DNA of 64,000 bases from positions 64,001-128,000 of the IMG/VR virus record IMGVR_UViG_3300043446_003702; one strand, written 5' to 3'. The stretch is from a virus. The position numbers were made by a program, and so were the translations under genes. The first letter of the stretch is position 1. Each line of letters begins with the position of its first letter. The notes beneath the pieces were generated by a model that saw only the letters and a program-made list of their open reading frames with translations, had not been told where the DNA came from and did not search any database. Shown here piece by piece: positions 21,701 to 28,704 of the stretch.

Positions 21701-22219
21701 ATTTCCGTTTAGGCCTGAGAATGTATAAACCCCATTTTCTCTGGTTACCACAAAGTTATTGGCAGTGGGAGTACCAAGAGATTTTACATCAACAGTTTCT
21801 GGGCCACTGGGCAACCAAAAATACTGACTAAAGTTAATAAAACTATCATAATCAATAAATGGATCCCATGTGTAGTATTCACTGTTGTACAGTTGATCTG
21901 GTTTGTTTTGATTACCGCCTTGAAAACCAATGGCATCATTCATGCCTGGGTAAGTTATAACATTTTTTACATCTTGGGTGTCAGGTTTGAGGCTGACGAC
22001 TCCGGCCTCGAGTTGATAATTTTGTCTTGTTGCACTGGGTTCTACAACATAACTGTCGTTGGGGTTGACGCCTGGTCCCACAGTACGGCCAATAAAACCT
22101 TGTGTTTTTTTAAACTTGGGTTCCTGAACCATTTGATCCAGTGTGGCCGCCAAGAATTGTTTGTTAACTGGGGTCTGAAATATCTGTGGAAGAAAATCAA
22201 CTGATCTTGTGCGTGCCAT
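6716..22219 (-). CDS. Giant multidomain baseplate wedge/virion structural protein (5167 aa)
   Basis: Single ORF coupled by TAATG to the gp6-like gene; FG-GAP-like repeats (FGYSVSTSTDGRQVLIGAP, FGQSVAVSLDERWLYVGAPG); aromatic W....Y..G..V.Y modules; YIQEVKPYH motif. Confidence 0.8.
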   Translation of the reverse strand: MARTRSVDFLPQIFQTPVNKQFLAATLDQMVQEPKFKKTQGFIGRTVGPGVNPNDSYVVEPSATRQNYQLEAGVVSLKPDTQDVKNVITYPGMNDAIGFQGGNQNKPDQLYNSEYYTWDPFIDYDSFINFSQYFWLPSGPETVDVKSLGTPTANNFVVTRENGVYTFSGLNGNNPTIDLVRGGSYTFQVAQNAKETVNYRVTNNGTSSYLIDFQANPTLTLARGNTYVFNITLNGVYPFWIKTAVSLGTGDAYNSGVSRNGSSFGLVTFTVPQDAPDTLYYVSQNQTNLRGTINIVDGTPGTGPGFWIQTSPGVAGVVPTTPNISNRDVYGVTDNGEDLGVVSFNVPQKTAQQFYYDLPDVGPIDLLTDLKFDQINNQSLEQFIATYGGIDGTTYLDGRTLVFTNPIADDTDGGWLITSFYDPLPRLDSQNGQVGSYDTVTYDQTDVVPVADRYQVWQISVVNRSGIDYISLAKIADIGLNQKFTISYGTTYSNTSWYKNSTGYFQRIPLLTAVLNELWYQDATDPEIFGKIRLLDQTETSTIFIDQIIGQKNYVSPNGVTFTNGLKVRFTGDVLPVSYGSGTTTFTCTATQAGSNYITCSSTAGLYEGEEIIFSGTTAGGIVVGQSYYIKTISANGTQFSIATVVDGATFELSTATVAGFTAVAFANNEFYVAGVGTAIELLPVRNFVTPETYVVDARDSTIASEPGEVDYLTIDRASKDLNAWTRSNRWFHIDVIQATARYNNTQISLDNNFRAKRPIINFRPGLRLYNMGTEGKQPVDIIDFSETDALSNIEGSTGYSVDGYVFTDGSRVIFAADADYEVRNKVYVVQFITPDSVPPLIAQPIIHLAVADDGVVLIDQCVVSLEGNTQKGVSFWYDGIEWTEAQQKTGVQQAPLFNVYDSAGISFGNRAKYPSSTFIGSKLFSYAVGDTGILDPILQFPLQYLNINNVGDIVFENNLYKDTFLYVQDNVSITSDISSGVAREYANRTTFAKLIGWQTAAATSQQYQQFKFTYSGQTLKLDVAVGTASVLPAIKIYVGSKFIQPSQYTYSVDTTSTTITLIDTYLPTDAIEVLVLSDQISKIGFFQVPINLQNNPLNTNSPSFTLGTIRTQYETICENLSTLSGPINGANNTRDLGNLVPYGLTILQQSAPLTLAGYFLRSEAYNIFSSLQFNSNEYLKFKGQLLNTAIQQVVQYQTAGEILDTALAEITLGRVESQPFYWSDMIPAGAVYQTTTYTISNTTNNTFDTINVYNYTSANYQGMNVYLNDVILTRGLDYTVATDGPRIVVLSPLTLGDTLIINEYFPTYGSFVPNTPTKLGLYPAYRPKIITQKTSSGTQTVIVGHDGSITRTFGDIRDDVLLEFETRIFNNLKLDGNPVPISITEVLPGQFRDTGYSSQDITNILSTDFLSYVAWNKLDYKTQDYSATNDFSWNYSGSKSKLDNDQLLGAWRGIYRYYYDTQQPELTPWEMLGFTIEPTWWQDNYGPGPYTQDNLVLWDDLEAGYVADPVAPYYLPEYARPGLTKVIPTGTEGELLSPFYSVVGSYQDTTFRKSWSVGDGGPVEASWWNSSAYPFAVMRLLALTRPAKFFALFADRDLYKFNTDFDQYVYNGRYRLNAKDIEVYGNGVSKASYINWIVDYNRQSGINSTADLTADLGALDVRLCYRMASFSDKQYIKIYTEKSSPNSTNTTFLIPDESYDLVLYKNQPFDRASYSSVVLQKVAGGYAVFGYSTTQPYFNVIQSLYAGRLQTYSAGGISVQVPTFYTDTITQVPYGFIFASETAVSDFLLSYGQYLERQGLVFDTQDNGYELNWSQMVNEFLYWSQQGWDDNALINLNPLAFRLSISREQAVVDSISAQTAENILLDQNRKELPTRNLIITRLDNTFTVEPATDQILSYIDLKYTSYEHMIVFNNASVFGDLIYQPVTGARQSRLNLVAMTTTEWNGYVDAQGFILNQDNIQEWNSYTTYTKGQIVKYKGAYWSAGSIIQPTAVFNANDWLTSDYTQIELGLLPNLANKANQLQNSYNINTANLEGDNDLLSYGLIGFRPRQYMTSLNLDDVSQLNVYRQFLGSKGTILSAELFSQANLGKESADYSIYENWAVQRAVYGANANRSFFQLRLNRALLDANPGLVQIINPQESSQADQTILVSDIWKKSYNITSPDILPVTTTLPTDIALPTAGYVNFNDVNITVFDIDNTDSLAANINNIGVGTTIWVAKVNAYDWAIYRAESVPGVIAHVCDNLDGTSLVIFSKQHGLAASDKLVIRFFDSEVNGVYTVLNVVSLDTVTIAFSFTGDRTVVNGTGLGFTLKTQRVSQASDILNLPYANTIEPGARVWVDNNGSDLWTVLEKQEVFTELLSLAPGQVDEGEQYGSSVTQAQNRFAALVGSPRYRFPVGATQWNIANAYAEDAIVYVSDPYQTEFYIANVGGTPAPVPQGVSIYNTAYWTPYSLNSLPRRGGVYVYVKSDNNNYTPASPLAPADSVLSLTITDKSGGPYNGQSAAREYGTSVDFGNQTWAAAGAPGSLGADGIPNNGYAVVIFKDPQLAAPGNIPYGQWQLLTSPNSITAPEKFGQSVAVSLDERWLYVGAPGANAVYAYGRVDWETQRVQALGDGVTTSYAIGADIKIDADTQLTVSVAGDEQILGIDYTVVNSFTMVEFATAPAAGDAIEIIRTSRKLLDYQVYYGLAGTGGTGSNATFVVTRIRGTVTVSVENGGTGYTTGNTITIPAASFDGGSSPTNDITFIVTANSGVIIAINGTPSYTPPPLTVSFSLNEYFYTVDNLYSFSVIVDDVLQRPEIDYIFSGDSTLGNDLTFLNSPPAGSSILVRAEGYFQYAGAITNAGSAAGDNFGYSVSTSTDGRQVLIGAPNKTVNGKSQAGTVYVYDRNVQRFIYGTDASSVTFTVLGSVSEPVGVLVNGTFLVNEKSATPNQSNTFAVNGNTITIFADLQIGDIIEIETNDFQLVQAVNQSTVEEFSSYGYATDLCSYNCSLYVGVPNSSVQQFKAGAVERLVNQSLTYGITQSGNPGADLDNGDTLRVNNQDVTVPSAWSSTIAYPVNTVVYATLTSVTTIYASLQSVPAGTALTNTSYWRVVDTTTVLASVDYRALAAQINIDVPNVTASVDDQNYLTISVKNSAAAPVGAKLSVLPGSVGTAFYDIDFTTYRFTQTIVSPYPVDFAGFGTSVSIDDSAVNLVVGAPRGTLYLITMFDLNATDFDEGATDFFDQVIQSGSVYTYDLLPSSSSSITNPDKFVFGQQIDNPNVQTQDQYGVAVDYTDGVLFTGAPGNELEDSTMLANYGRVFVSVNPDLTPAWTVLRVQQPVVDIRLLNSVYSYDRVTSSVTQYFDFFNPLQGKILGAARQNIDFIGAVDPASYNVGPVGIRGTTWGQTQVGQVWWNTSTVRFIDPNQDDIVYASRRWGQTFPGSSVDVYQWIVSATPPATYTGPGIPLTTLSYVINTVLSPQGIFNTEYYFWVRGITATATQKGKTLPVSTVANYIENPRASGITYIAPINASTIALYNAGDYIQAQDTILSIEFDKQLTDDNVHVEYELVAQDREDSFISSNLYRKMQDSFCGVDTNGNLVPDINLSPAERYGVQFRPRQSMFVDRFAALKNYLTRANSVLALYPIAESRQFVLLNSSEPEPNAGSGKWNKRVANLEILGFQNLYAVPLGYNYLVVSDSSNRGLWTIYTVEEKVTIDGTVRLLQLIQVQNYDTKQYWNYVNWYLPGYNSSSKIIAEVPNVSGLNTLDVPVGSSVKVSANSQGNFEIYLRGATGFDRVGLQNGTIEFAAELWDYALGRFGFDLEVFDAQYYDQEPVIETRKIIQAINEELFIDNLAIERNRQLTLMFNFVLSEFAAPEWLIKTSLIDVEHRIRSLTEFQNYSRDNQEFVLDYIQEVKPYHVQIREFNLRYNGFDQWFGDMTDFDLPAYFNTSLTVPGFTSPILLPYDHSTAFNSETNNLSDLPANSTVWSSWPYSQWFNNYLLSLDSIELIETGSGYTEPPIVEITPNPNDPAPTVAAQATAVLNSVGQVVGVNVTANGAGYRSTPTIVFNGGNGSGAVAYPRMTNELIRQFRTVIRYDRFQYQTTIQTWSSDGTYENGTLVRYNDRVWSAQNADGSSSVVGPTFDLENWNLVNPATYTYPGSTQATGLTGVDRTMGLYVPNSNEFGLELPLLVDGVDYPGVQVWGEYFTGTQVLDANYQSEFADIYLGTRPSDINIDGGEFIGPYEGHAPEELINGAEYDTMDLRVYTRPGADWTSNGHGFQIGAIRYTFEPGITFDYSWAGVVEHPFNIVVSNLTTGHVLTEDIDYTVNWNEQYVTIVNVGSVSAFDIIVIDVYEVGGGSQLFRGNYDGATVVANDNIVILPVNYAEIVQAYVFINGKLVAEPQLRPYAASQSWNLNNTYQALDIIFNDNQITVTNTTGGYNVLTCNNTSAMTVGQPIVFSGTVFGGIVAGQTYYVQNIANSTQFYISEIAGSTTTFLLSTATGSMTGSPQGNYYRALQTVPAGITLTNTNYWLPYNPTINTRLAITATVSAADAIAVVVLGNATSIVVSGTEASGNAVVLLGSTSNLSVGQTVTFSGYSLGGVVTGTNYTIHSIVDDSITITENGISEVALINDQANWVGELTAKFVPTNYQSWSTPVIETFIVDQGILVNQNVILESPPTTTNPANMIVMVNGQRLLGPSCIEWVGDGTTNSFGLPQRMGSSFLQSSIYAPNDVQVYVNGVLQKQAFGAEDGVYSVTNWTGSNTPGRQVVFENPPQSGDTILIAVSTLAQCLFDYNASVPAFSSTLQIGSLLNLDDVVTVITWNDTTQQNIATLTFQGPVETGVVISQPYDTTDYDSPTLNNPLQPLPGDFSAETGISIPINDFDLLRENINGSRLWVTLDGMRLFEGIDYTIQGQYLILAQGVIGANQTLIVTEFTNSIVPESAAFRIFQDMRGVQATYRMTAGTTTVLTQALSATDDIIYVEQAAALSEPDLSAGVFGVVSIDGERIMYRYRDLALNTISGLQRGTAGTAAASHLAGAEVYDFGRGNLLNITYQDYVVKDTGIGDGTTAVFYAPNIDIADFGDSSTVYVESIEVYVGGIRQYNYSNTAADSQYRYIVSLFDPLAIEFIVDGTYSAPAAGSEVTILQRRGVTWYQQGTNSASNGVALQETDTQAARFLCDR

Positions 22220-25200
22220 TAAATTACTCCGCTGCCTGGTGCAGTACGTAGGTTGGTACTGGTCAGTGCTTCTATTACATCTATGTTGTCAATGACAGCA
22301 CCATTGGCAAAAATTTCATTGGGCTGACTGCGTATCTCGTACAAGTCGCCAAAACTTTTTTGTTGATTCAATGGCACCAACACCACCGAGCTAATAATTG
22401 TTCCCAACTGCCTGTGTAAGTATGCTGCCAGTTCTGAAAAGTAAAATGTATCACCAAAATTCCATTTGTCAATTGAAAAATAATTATTCATTTCGGCCAG
22501 CACCAAACTCTTGATTTCACTAGTGCTGGCGGTAGAATTTTGAGCACGAATCACTTTGATTGTACCACGGAGTTCTGCTGCGGCCTTGGGACCAAACAAG
22601 GGTTTGAACACCACTGAATTTACCACAATGTTGTCTGAGATCATTTTATAATCTTGCAATGCTTGATATTCGGTTGTCAGCTCATCAATTGTGGGCATGT
22701 CTGGTTCAATCACAGTACCTGTAGTATCGCGCAACCAATTTTGATAAGCAGTGTAATAATTCAAAGTAACCACATACATGTCAATAATATTGGTGGTACC
22801 TGGATCAATTCTGTTGGTAAGGGGCGAGTTGTGACGATACTGGAAGTACAAACTTTGTCTACCAGTTTTCGCAATCCAACCTGACACACTGACAATGGTG
22901 CGTACTCCTGTTACTGAAATGCTGAGTTGATAAAATGCATTTTCGTCGTAGGCATAAAATACCTGTCCCGGAGTCCACTCAGTTTTGGCCAATTCAATTT
23001 CTTCCAAGGTGCCGTAGAGATAAACAACTCTACCAGGCTCTACCAAGAGATATCGTTGCAGGTTGTCAAAGTCCACTGTTTGCTGCAAGAACACATAAGG
23101 CCCAGCAGTTGTAGCAGGTCCCACAATTTCGTCAAAGAAATCTGGATTATCTGGCACCCCGTCATTGTCGCTATCTCTAAAACTGACCAGGACTTGAAAG
23201 TCGTCTACATAGCCGTCGCTTTCCACAGGTTGCCCAATGATTGTGGTATAGATATCGCCCGGCAGGGGTTCTGTTGAGTTGGGTTGTGTGTTCACTGCCA
23301 ACACATTGATAAAGTCTTTGATGATTGTACCTGTACGGCTGTCATATACCAATTGATCTTCGTAGAAGAAGAAACGTGTCTGCAACACTGATCCAAAGTT
23401 GTAGGACAGTCCCCGAAATGTAATGGTGTAATTTTGATTTTCTACAACAAACTGTATTAGCCAACTAGCATCAAGATTAGTACCTGATGTGTTACCAGCA
23501 TATTGTTGACTCCATGTTGCAGGATTGCTTTGGGAATACGCATCAAGATTGGTGCTGGTTATGAGATACCAAGTGTAAGGTGTACCAGTTATATCACCGT
23601 TGTTATCATATCCCAATCCAAAATTTCGATACAATAGAATCTGCTCACTCATTTGCTGTTCAATAGTGGTGGGAAGATCAGTAACAAACAATGGAATAAT
23701 ACTGTCTACCAAGGCACCAGTGGGCACAAAGTTATTGATGGTTACAGGTCCTGATCCACTGGCTAGATTTCCAACACCGTTGTTGTATCCATCCCCCACA
23801 ATGGCCTGAGGGCTGGCCCAAATTTCCATGCGTTCGTCTGCTCGCATGGGTGTGCCTTGAACCAATCGGTTGTTGCGATCAAAATAATAGCCTGTGGGTG
23901 GCACAAATTTTATCAAGCTGCCTACAATGGCATACCTAAACATTGTGGTGGTTGTATCGCCAATGGGAATCGGCGTTCCTGTGGCATTGGTAAAGTATCC
24001 AGTGGTTTCATTGGCCAATGTGGTACTTTGGTGCCATTGATAACCGGCCAACCATGTTATACCATTGGGCGTTGTGGTTGATGTAATACGTGGGAAGTTA
24101 GCATAATAAAACTGTTTTACGGTGTAACCACCAATACTTGGTTGCACCTGGTTGGTGATAATATCTGCAATATCGTTACGATTGATATAGGAAAACAATA
24201 TGGTAGGTAAAATATTTTGGCGCCAAATTGCGCCGTCACTTGAGAATGTGTTTGTTGAGCTGTACTTGCCAGTGTTATCCACAAGGTCAAGATAACGACT
24301 AGTGCCAATTGACGCACGATTCAATGCTTTGCTCTTGATGATACTGTTGTATTGTGTATAAGGGAAAAGATTGTAGTCTTCTCCATTGACCATGCGGTTT
24401 TGTGTGTAGTACCGTGCAGGAGCACGTTGTTTGATTTCAGCAATGGGTTCACGTGCTTGGCTGTTGCTCACTGGACGAGTAATGCCGCAAGTGAATGTGA
24501 TGGTTTGTAAGTTTCCGTTGCGGTCAGTGTAGCTGATGGGCAGCACAACGTTTTGCATTTCTTCAGGATTGATAATGTACTGTAATCCATTTGATGCACG
24601 AACATAGGCACGAAATATACCCACAGGAATTTCACTAAACACACCATCCCCAAAAATCATGGTGATTTGATCATTGGCTCTTGATGTTACTGAGTAAATG
24701 GGTTGCAGCACATTGTTGCGTTGTTCGGCTGCTGTGTAAACATTTTCCACGTATTTCCACTCACGGCTGATATTACCAATGTTGTCTAACTGAAATAACC
24801 ACCGGTCGTCGTTGTTTACTCCCTCAATATTGATGTCTACTGTGCGATTAGCAATTCGCTCAGTCAAATTAAAATCTTGATTTTGCAAGATACCTTGTTT
24901 GAAGAAAAAGAAATATCCAGTATTGGCTGACTGAAATCCCAATTGGTCATTTCTAAACAATATGTTAAACACAGTATTGGGAGTAGGGGCTGGTTCGTAT
25001 ACGTAATCCTTTCCTACACTGGTAGAAGTAGTGGCTTCAAACGGCATATTGATACCGTCCACAGTGGCAGTGTAAGGAATCACCGGCAAAAATCCTGACA
25101 CCAAATTGATACCATATTCAGCAGTATCTACGCCCAGTATGGTTTGTCGATTGCCCGGGCGTCCTACTTTTTGACTGTCTACCAATGCAGCATTGATAAT

Positions 25201-25674
25201 AGCAGTAAATTGTTCTTGCCAGTCATTATTGGTAGGATCAGCCCAGTTCACCGTGACGTTGGAAAGATTTACGCCATTGTAGTCAACAACATTTTCAGTT
25301 GTTGTGACATTGAACACTTTGAGAAACCCTTCGGCTGCGGTGTTACGTTTGGCAGTGTAACTCACCAAATTTGCAAGACGTACCACTGAATCTCTGCGTT
25401 CAGCAGTGTCCATGTAGTTTTCGCGTGTGTTTAGATCAGTGCGAAATGCCAGTGCTTGGCCCATAAACGCCATAACGTCCAGCAAGGCAATAAATTCTGA
25501 CGACTCAATGTAGTCATTGAAAGTTTCGGGGTAGTACAAACGCAGATAGTCAATGAAACTTTTGCGAAGTGTCTCAAAGTCATAGCTCTGAAAATCAGCT
25601 TCGCGGTAGGTTTGATAGATCTGTTTCCAATCTTCTACACCAAATATTGCTGTTTGTCTTGTGGTTGTTGCCAT
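22219..25674 (-). CDS. Baseplate wedge subunit, T4 gp6-like
   Basis: DFQSYDFETLR...FNDYIESSEF..LLD.MA...EN..DTAERRDSV.RLA.L..Y; EPIAEIKQRAPARYYTQNRMVNGEDY. Confidence 0.85.
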   Translation of the reverse strand: MATTTRQTAIFGVEDWKQIYQTYREADFQSYDFETLRKSFIDYLRLYYPETFNDYIESSEFIALLDVMAFMGQALAFRTDLNTRENYMDTAERRDSVVRLANLVSYTAKRNTAAEGFLKVFNVTTTENVVDYNGVNLSNVTVNWADPTNNDWQEQFTAIINAALVDSQKVGRPGNRQTILGVDTAEYGINLVSGFLPVIPYTATVDGINMPFEATTSTSVGKDYVYEPAPTPNTVFNILFRNDQLGFQSANTGYFFFFKQGILQNQDFNLTERIANRTVDINIEGVNNDDRWLFQLDNIGNISREWKYVENVYTAAEQRNNVLQPIYSVTSRANDQITMIFGDGVFSEIPVGIFRAYVRASNGLQYIINPEEMQNVVLPISYTDRNGNLQTITFTCGITRPVSNSQAREPIAEIKQRAPARYYTQNRMVNGEDYNLFPYTQYNSIIKSKALNRASIGTSRYLDLVDNTGKYSSTNTFSSDGAIWRQNILPTILFSYINRNDIADIITNQVQPSIGGYTVKQFYYANFPRITSTTTPNGITWLAGYQWHQSTTLANETTGYFTNATGTPIPIGDTTTTMFRYAIVGSLIKFVPPTGYYFDRNNRLVQGTPMRADERMEIWASPQAIVGDGYNNGVGNLASGSGPVTINNFVPTGALVDSIIPLFVTDLPTTIEQQMSEQILLYRNFGLGYDNNGDITGTPYTWYLITSTNLDAYSQSNPATWSQQYAGNTSGTNLDASWLIQFVVENQNYTITFRGLSYNFGSVLQTRFFFYEDQLVYDSRTGTIIKDFINVLAVNTQPNSTEPLPGDIYTTIIGQPVESDGYVDDFQVLVSFRDSDNDGVPDNPDFFDEIVGPATTAGPYVFLQQTVDFDNLQRYLLVEPGRVVYLYGTLEEIELAKTEWTPGQVFYAYDENAFYQLSISVTGVRTIVSVSGWIAKTGRQSLYFQYRHNSPLTNRIDPGTTNIIDMYVVTLNYYTAYQNWLRDTTGTVIEPDMPTIDELTTEYQALQDYKMISDNIVVNSVVFKPLFGPKAAAELRGTIKVIRAQNSTASTSEIKSLVLAEMNNYFSIDKWNFGDTFYFSELAAYLHRQLGTIISSVVLVPLNQQKSFGDLYEIRSQPNEIFANGAVIDNIDVIEALTSTNLRTAPGSGVI

Positions 25675-25693
25675 TTTTGTCTCGTCCGTGCTT

Positions 25694-25701
25694 TATTTAT
25701 T
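25694..25701 (-). promoter_or_regulatory. Late-promoter-like AATAAATA
   Basis: Intergenic, upstream of the gp6-like start. Confidence 0.55.
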
Positions 25702-25720
25702 AATAATAAAAACGGCGTAG

Positions 25721-26095
25721 TTATACGTAACTGGCATTACGAGTTTGTTCGTCAAAGAATATGCTGAGAATTTCAGCGTTGGTGGTGTTTATAATGGTGA
25801 TCTGAAGTTGTATCAGTATACCATTTACTTGAGGAAACACTTGTATGTCATTGACAGTGAGTCTGGGATCGCCGCCTGCTACTCGCTGCACTTCGGCACG
25901 TATCTGTTGTGAAATTTGTTCAACTTGATTTTCAAACAAAAAATCATACAAAGTGGTGCCATATCCCGGGCGTCCAGGCAGTTCACCTTGACGAATACTG
26001 AAAGCATTAAGCAGGTCTCGTTGTATAAGATCAAAGTCAGTCAGTGTGAACTTTTTGTATTGATCAATGGTATTAAAGCCAATAAATGTGGTCAT
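25721..26095 (-). CDS. Baseplate wedge subunit, gp25-like
   Basis: DLLNAFSIRQGELPGRPGYGTTLYDFLFE...DPR, the gp25/GPW signature. Confidence 0.85.
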   Translation of the reverse strand: MTTFIGFNTIDQYKKFTLTDFDLIQRDLLNAFSIRQGELPGRPGYGTTLYDFLFENQVEQISQQIRAEVQRVAGGDPRLTVNDIQVFPQVNGILIQLQITIINTTNAEILSIFFDEQTRNASYV

Positions 26096-26100
26096 GTCAA

Positions 26101-26108
26101 TATTTATA
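26101..26108 (-). promoter_or_regulatory. T4-type late promoter TATAAATA
   Basis: Exact consensus 5 nt before the ATG at 26095. Confidence 0.75.
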
Positions 26109-26125
26109 GATTACTCACCCCTGCG

Positions 26126-27196
26126 TTACTGGGATGGTAGAACAGGTCCGGGATAGTCTAAATTAGGTATTTTGTCATTACCAAACACTCGAGTCACAGC
26201 AGCGTCCACCGTGGCACGATCTACTGTGTCTTCCGCTTCCCCTGGTGGCGCTAATTGTGCCACAGCATCGTTGAGTTTTTTGTCAGCAAAGTCCACAGCA
26301 AATGATGCGTCTTTGGCCACAGTGTCAAATTGAGATTTTACGTTTGCAGGCAGTTCACCTTTGGCCCAGGCCAGTGTGTCTGTCGGACTCTTGGCAGCAT
26401 TTAATGAGACTCCTGCCAATGCCTTGGGATTGAGTTTATCAATTGGAATCCCCAGTTGTTTAACTACGTTTAGTCCTGAGCTCATTAAATTTTGTTGTGT
26501 TAAATTTTGTACGGCTGGGTTGTTTAACAATCCATCAAGGTTGTTAATACCATCTTTGCCGGTCCACACTGCAGGACTTTTAAGTACGCTGGTCAATGAG
26601 TTGGTACCTTGATTGAGAAACGATGCCACTGTCCCAGTTTTTAACAAGCCGGCGTTTTCTAACTGAGACGCATTGAATCCAAATTTACCTACCCCTGCAG
26701 CGTCACTAAATTCTGATGTGGTTTGTCCTACCAAGGTTGATGCTTGCGACATGGCTGATCTTACATCAATGCCACTGAGTCCGCTGATAGAAGTCAACGA
26801 TGGTGTTTGTTTGGCAAAATCAGCCAAGTTTATGCCGTTTGTAACTGGGGTTCCACTGATGACTTTGGTTATACCTGACAATGTTTGTTGTGCCACAGAT
26901 GTTGCTGACCCCAGCACAGAGGAGAATTCTTTGCCTGCTGAACTAAATGCTGGACCCAATGCTCCTGAAGTCAATCCTGGAACGCCACTGAGTGCCTGTG
27001 ACACTTGTCCTGATGCAGCCGCAAGACCACCTTGAGCTTGTTTGGCTGCATTTATTACATCACCAGACTCTAGGCCAACCAGGGCACCAGTCTTTGACTG
27101 TTGTTCAAACACTGCGCGAGCCTGTGCTTCAGTAGCACCTGGTGGCCCTTGAATGTTGAATTTTTTTCCAAGATAATCAAAAACAAAATTGCTCAT
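26126..27196 (-). CDS. Baseplate-associated protein, possibly with a degenerate lysozyme-like domain
   Basis: Start moved to 27196 (ATGA overlap with the gp5-like stop); segment GVGKFGFNASQLENAGLLK...WTGKDGINNLDGLLNNPAVQN. Confidence 0.5.
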   Translation of the reverse strand: MSNFVFDYLGKKFNIQGPPGATEAQARAVFEQQSKTGALVGLESGDVINAAKQAQGGLAAASGQVSQALSGVPGLTSGALGPAFSSAGKEFSSVLGSATSVAQQTLSGITKVISGTPVTNGINLADFAKQTPSLTSISGLSGIDVRSAMSQASTLVGQTTSEFSDAAGVGKFGFNASQLENAGLLKTGTVASFLNQGTNSLTSVLKSPAVWTGKDGINNLDGLLNNPAVQNLTQQNLMSSGLNVVKQLGIPIDKLNPKALAGVSLNAAKSPTDTLAWAKGELPANVKSQFDTVAKDASFAVDFADKKLNDAVAQLAPPGEAEDTVDRATVDAAVTRVFGNDKIPNLDYPGPVLPSQ

Positions 27197-28695
27197 TTGG
27201 CTTGAATATTCCATCCTGCAGGCATAGGTACAGCACCTGGTGGTGGTGTGGGTTGTCCTGGTTCTAATTTTATTTTTACATCAACACCCTTGTTGTGATA
27301 CGGATATGGTTCATGTGTGGGTGCTCGAGGCACAATAGTTTTCAATGCTTTTTTGTCAACTTCCCAACCTTTGCTGGTATTAAATGTTGTGTCATCTAAT
27401 TCAATTGTGGCAATGGGGTCTGGTGCATCCACTGTGGGCGCAGTGGGACCATTAAGGTCAATGCCGCCGGCAGTGAACAACAAGGCGTCACCTCCGTTCC
27501 ATGATCCTGAAGCACTGTTCATGGCCAAAGAACCATCGGCCTTGACGCCTATGGTGTTTTTGCTGTAGATTTTAAATTCATTTTGTGCAGTAACACTGAG
27601 ATCAGTCATGGCCTCCACTGTCATGGCATTGGCAGTTTTGATCTGTATATTGCCACCTGAATACATGTTGATGTCGCGGTCAGCATGCAGGTTGATGTCA
27701 CCCTGTGTGCGAATGTTTACACTGTTGGTAGAGAACACATCCACTGTGCCTTCTTTGCCAAACTCCAACCAAGTCTGACCGTTGGCATGTGTAATATAGA
27801 AAAAGTCACCAGAGTCATTCATGGTAATCTGATGACCCTTGGGGGTTCGCAATCTAAACAAGGCATTGTTGCCGTCAAGATCACCATCGTCCATCACAAG
27901 GGTGTGCCCACCCATACGACCAATCACTTCGGCTTGATCAGGTCTGATCTCATTGGCCTGAATCTTTTTACGGATATCATTGGGACTCATACCTCCTTGG
28001 TACACAGGTATTCCCGGCGTACTAATACCAAACACAGCACTGGGCGTTTCCCGCTGGCTACTTGACCGTATTGGACCGCGTTCTATATCCTTGTTGAGTC
28101 CTTGTTGGAACAATACGCCAGCAGCCACAGCATGCACGGGTTTTTTTTGATCAAAAAATCTTCCATTGTTGACAATAGCAATATTATCCGTGTTGATTTC
28201 TGTCACTGGCAGCAGTTTGTCATCAGCAAAATATGTTTCTTGATTTTTGTTGCCTACCACATACTGAGTGGTGCTGCCAATAGCAGGAACCATGTGTCCT
28301 ATACCGTCATCAGGAACCACACCAATGTAATAACCCAGCTGCCGATCACCATTGGCAAAAACACACAAAATTTTAATACCAATGTCTGGTGGTGTAAACC
28401 ACATGCCGTATGCATTTTGATTTTGTGTATAATCACCCACTCCAGTGTTGGCTGTGTTGCCTTCGGGTGTGTAACCATAGAATCCTGGCAGATATCTCAC
28501 AGTGGTCCATTTAGATGAATCTTCGGGATCACCACTGGTAAATGTTTCAATATAAACTTGCAATCTTCCACTGCGAGTGGGATCAACATTGTTTTTGACT
28601 ATGCCCACAAAAGGTCCAAATTCCGTAGGTACGCCGCCACGATCTAATTTGTAGTTGGTTGGCCTACCTCTGCTGCGTTGTATATCTTCTGACAA
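27193..28695 (-). CDS. Baseplate central spike, gp5/VgrG OB-fold protein
   Basis: GIVKNNVDPTRSGRLQVYI...YGMWFTPPDIG..ILCVF.NGD; beta-helix region GHTLVMDDG...RTPKGHQITMND; C-terminal APTHEPY; TTG start with AAGGAG RBS. Confidence 0.85.
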   Translation of the reverse strand: MSEDIQRSRGRPTNYKLDRGGVPTEFGPFVGIVKNNVDPTRSGRLQVYIETFTSGDPEDSSKWTTVRYLPGFYGYTPEGNTANTGVGDYTQNQNAYGMWFTPPDIGIKILCVFANGDRQLGYYIGVVPDDGIGHMVPAIGSTTQYVVGNKNQETYFADDKLLPVTEINTDNIAIVNNGRFFDQKKPVHAVAAGVLFQQGLNKDIERGPIRSSSQRETPSAVFGISTPGIPVYQGGMSPNDIRKKIQANEIRPDQAEVIGRMGGHTLVMDDGDLDGNNALFRLRTPKGHQITMNDSGDFFYITHANGQTWLEFGKEGTVDVFSTNSVNIRTQGDINLHADRDINMYSGGNIQIKTANAMTVEAMTDLSVTAQNEFKIYSKNTIGVKADGSLAMNSASGSWNGGDALLFTAGGIDLNGPTAPTVDAPDPIATIELDDTTFNTSKGWEVDKKALKTIVPRAPTHEPYPYHNKGVDVKIKLEPGQPTPPPGAVPMPAGWNIQAK

Positions 28696-28704
28696 AATTA
28701 CTCC

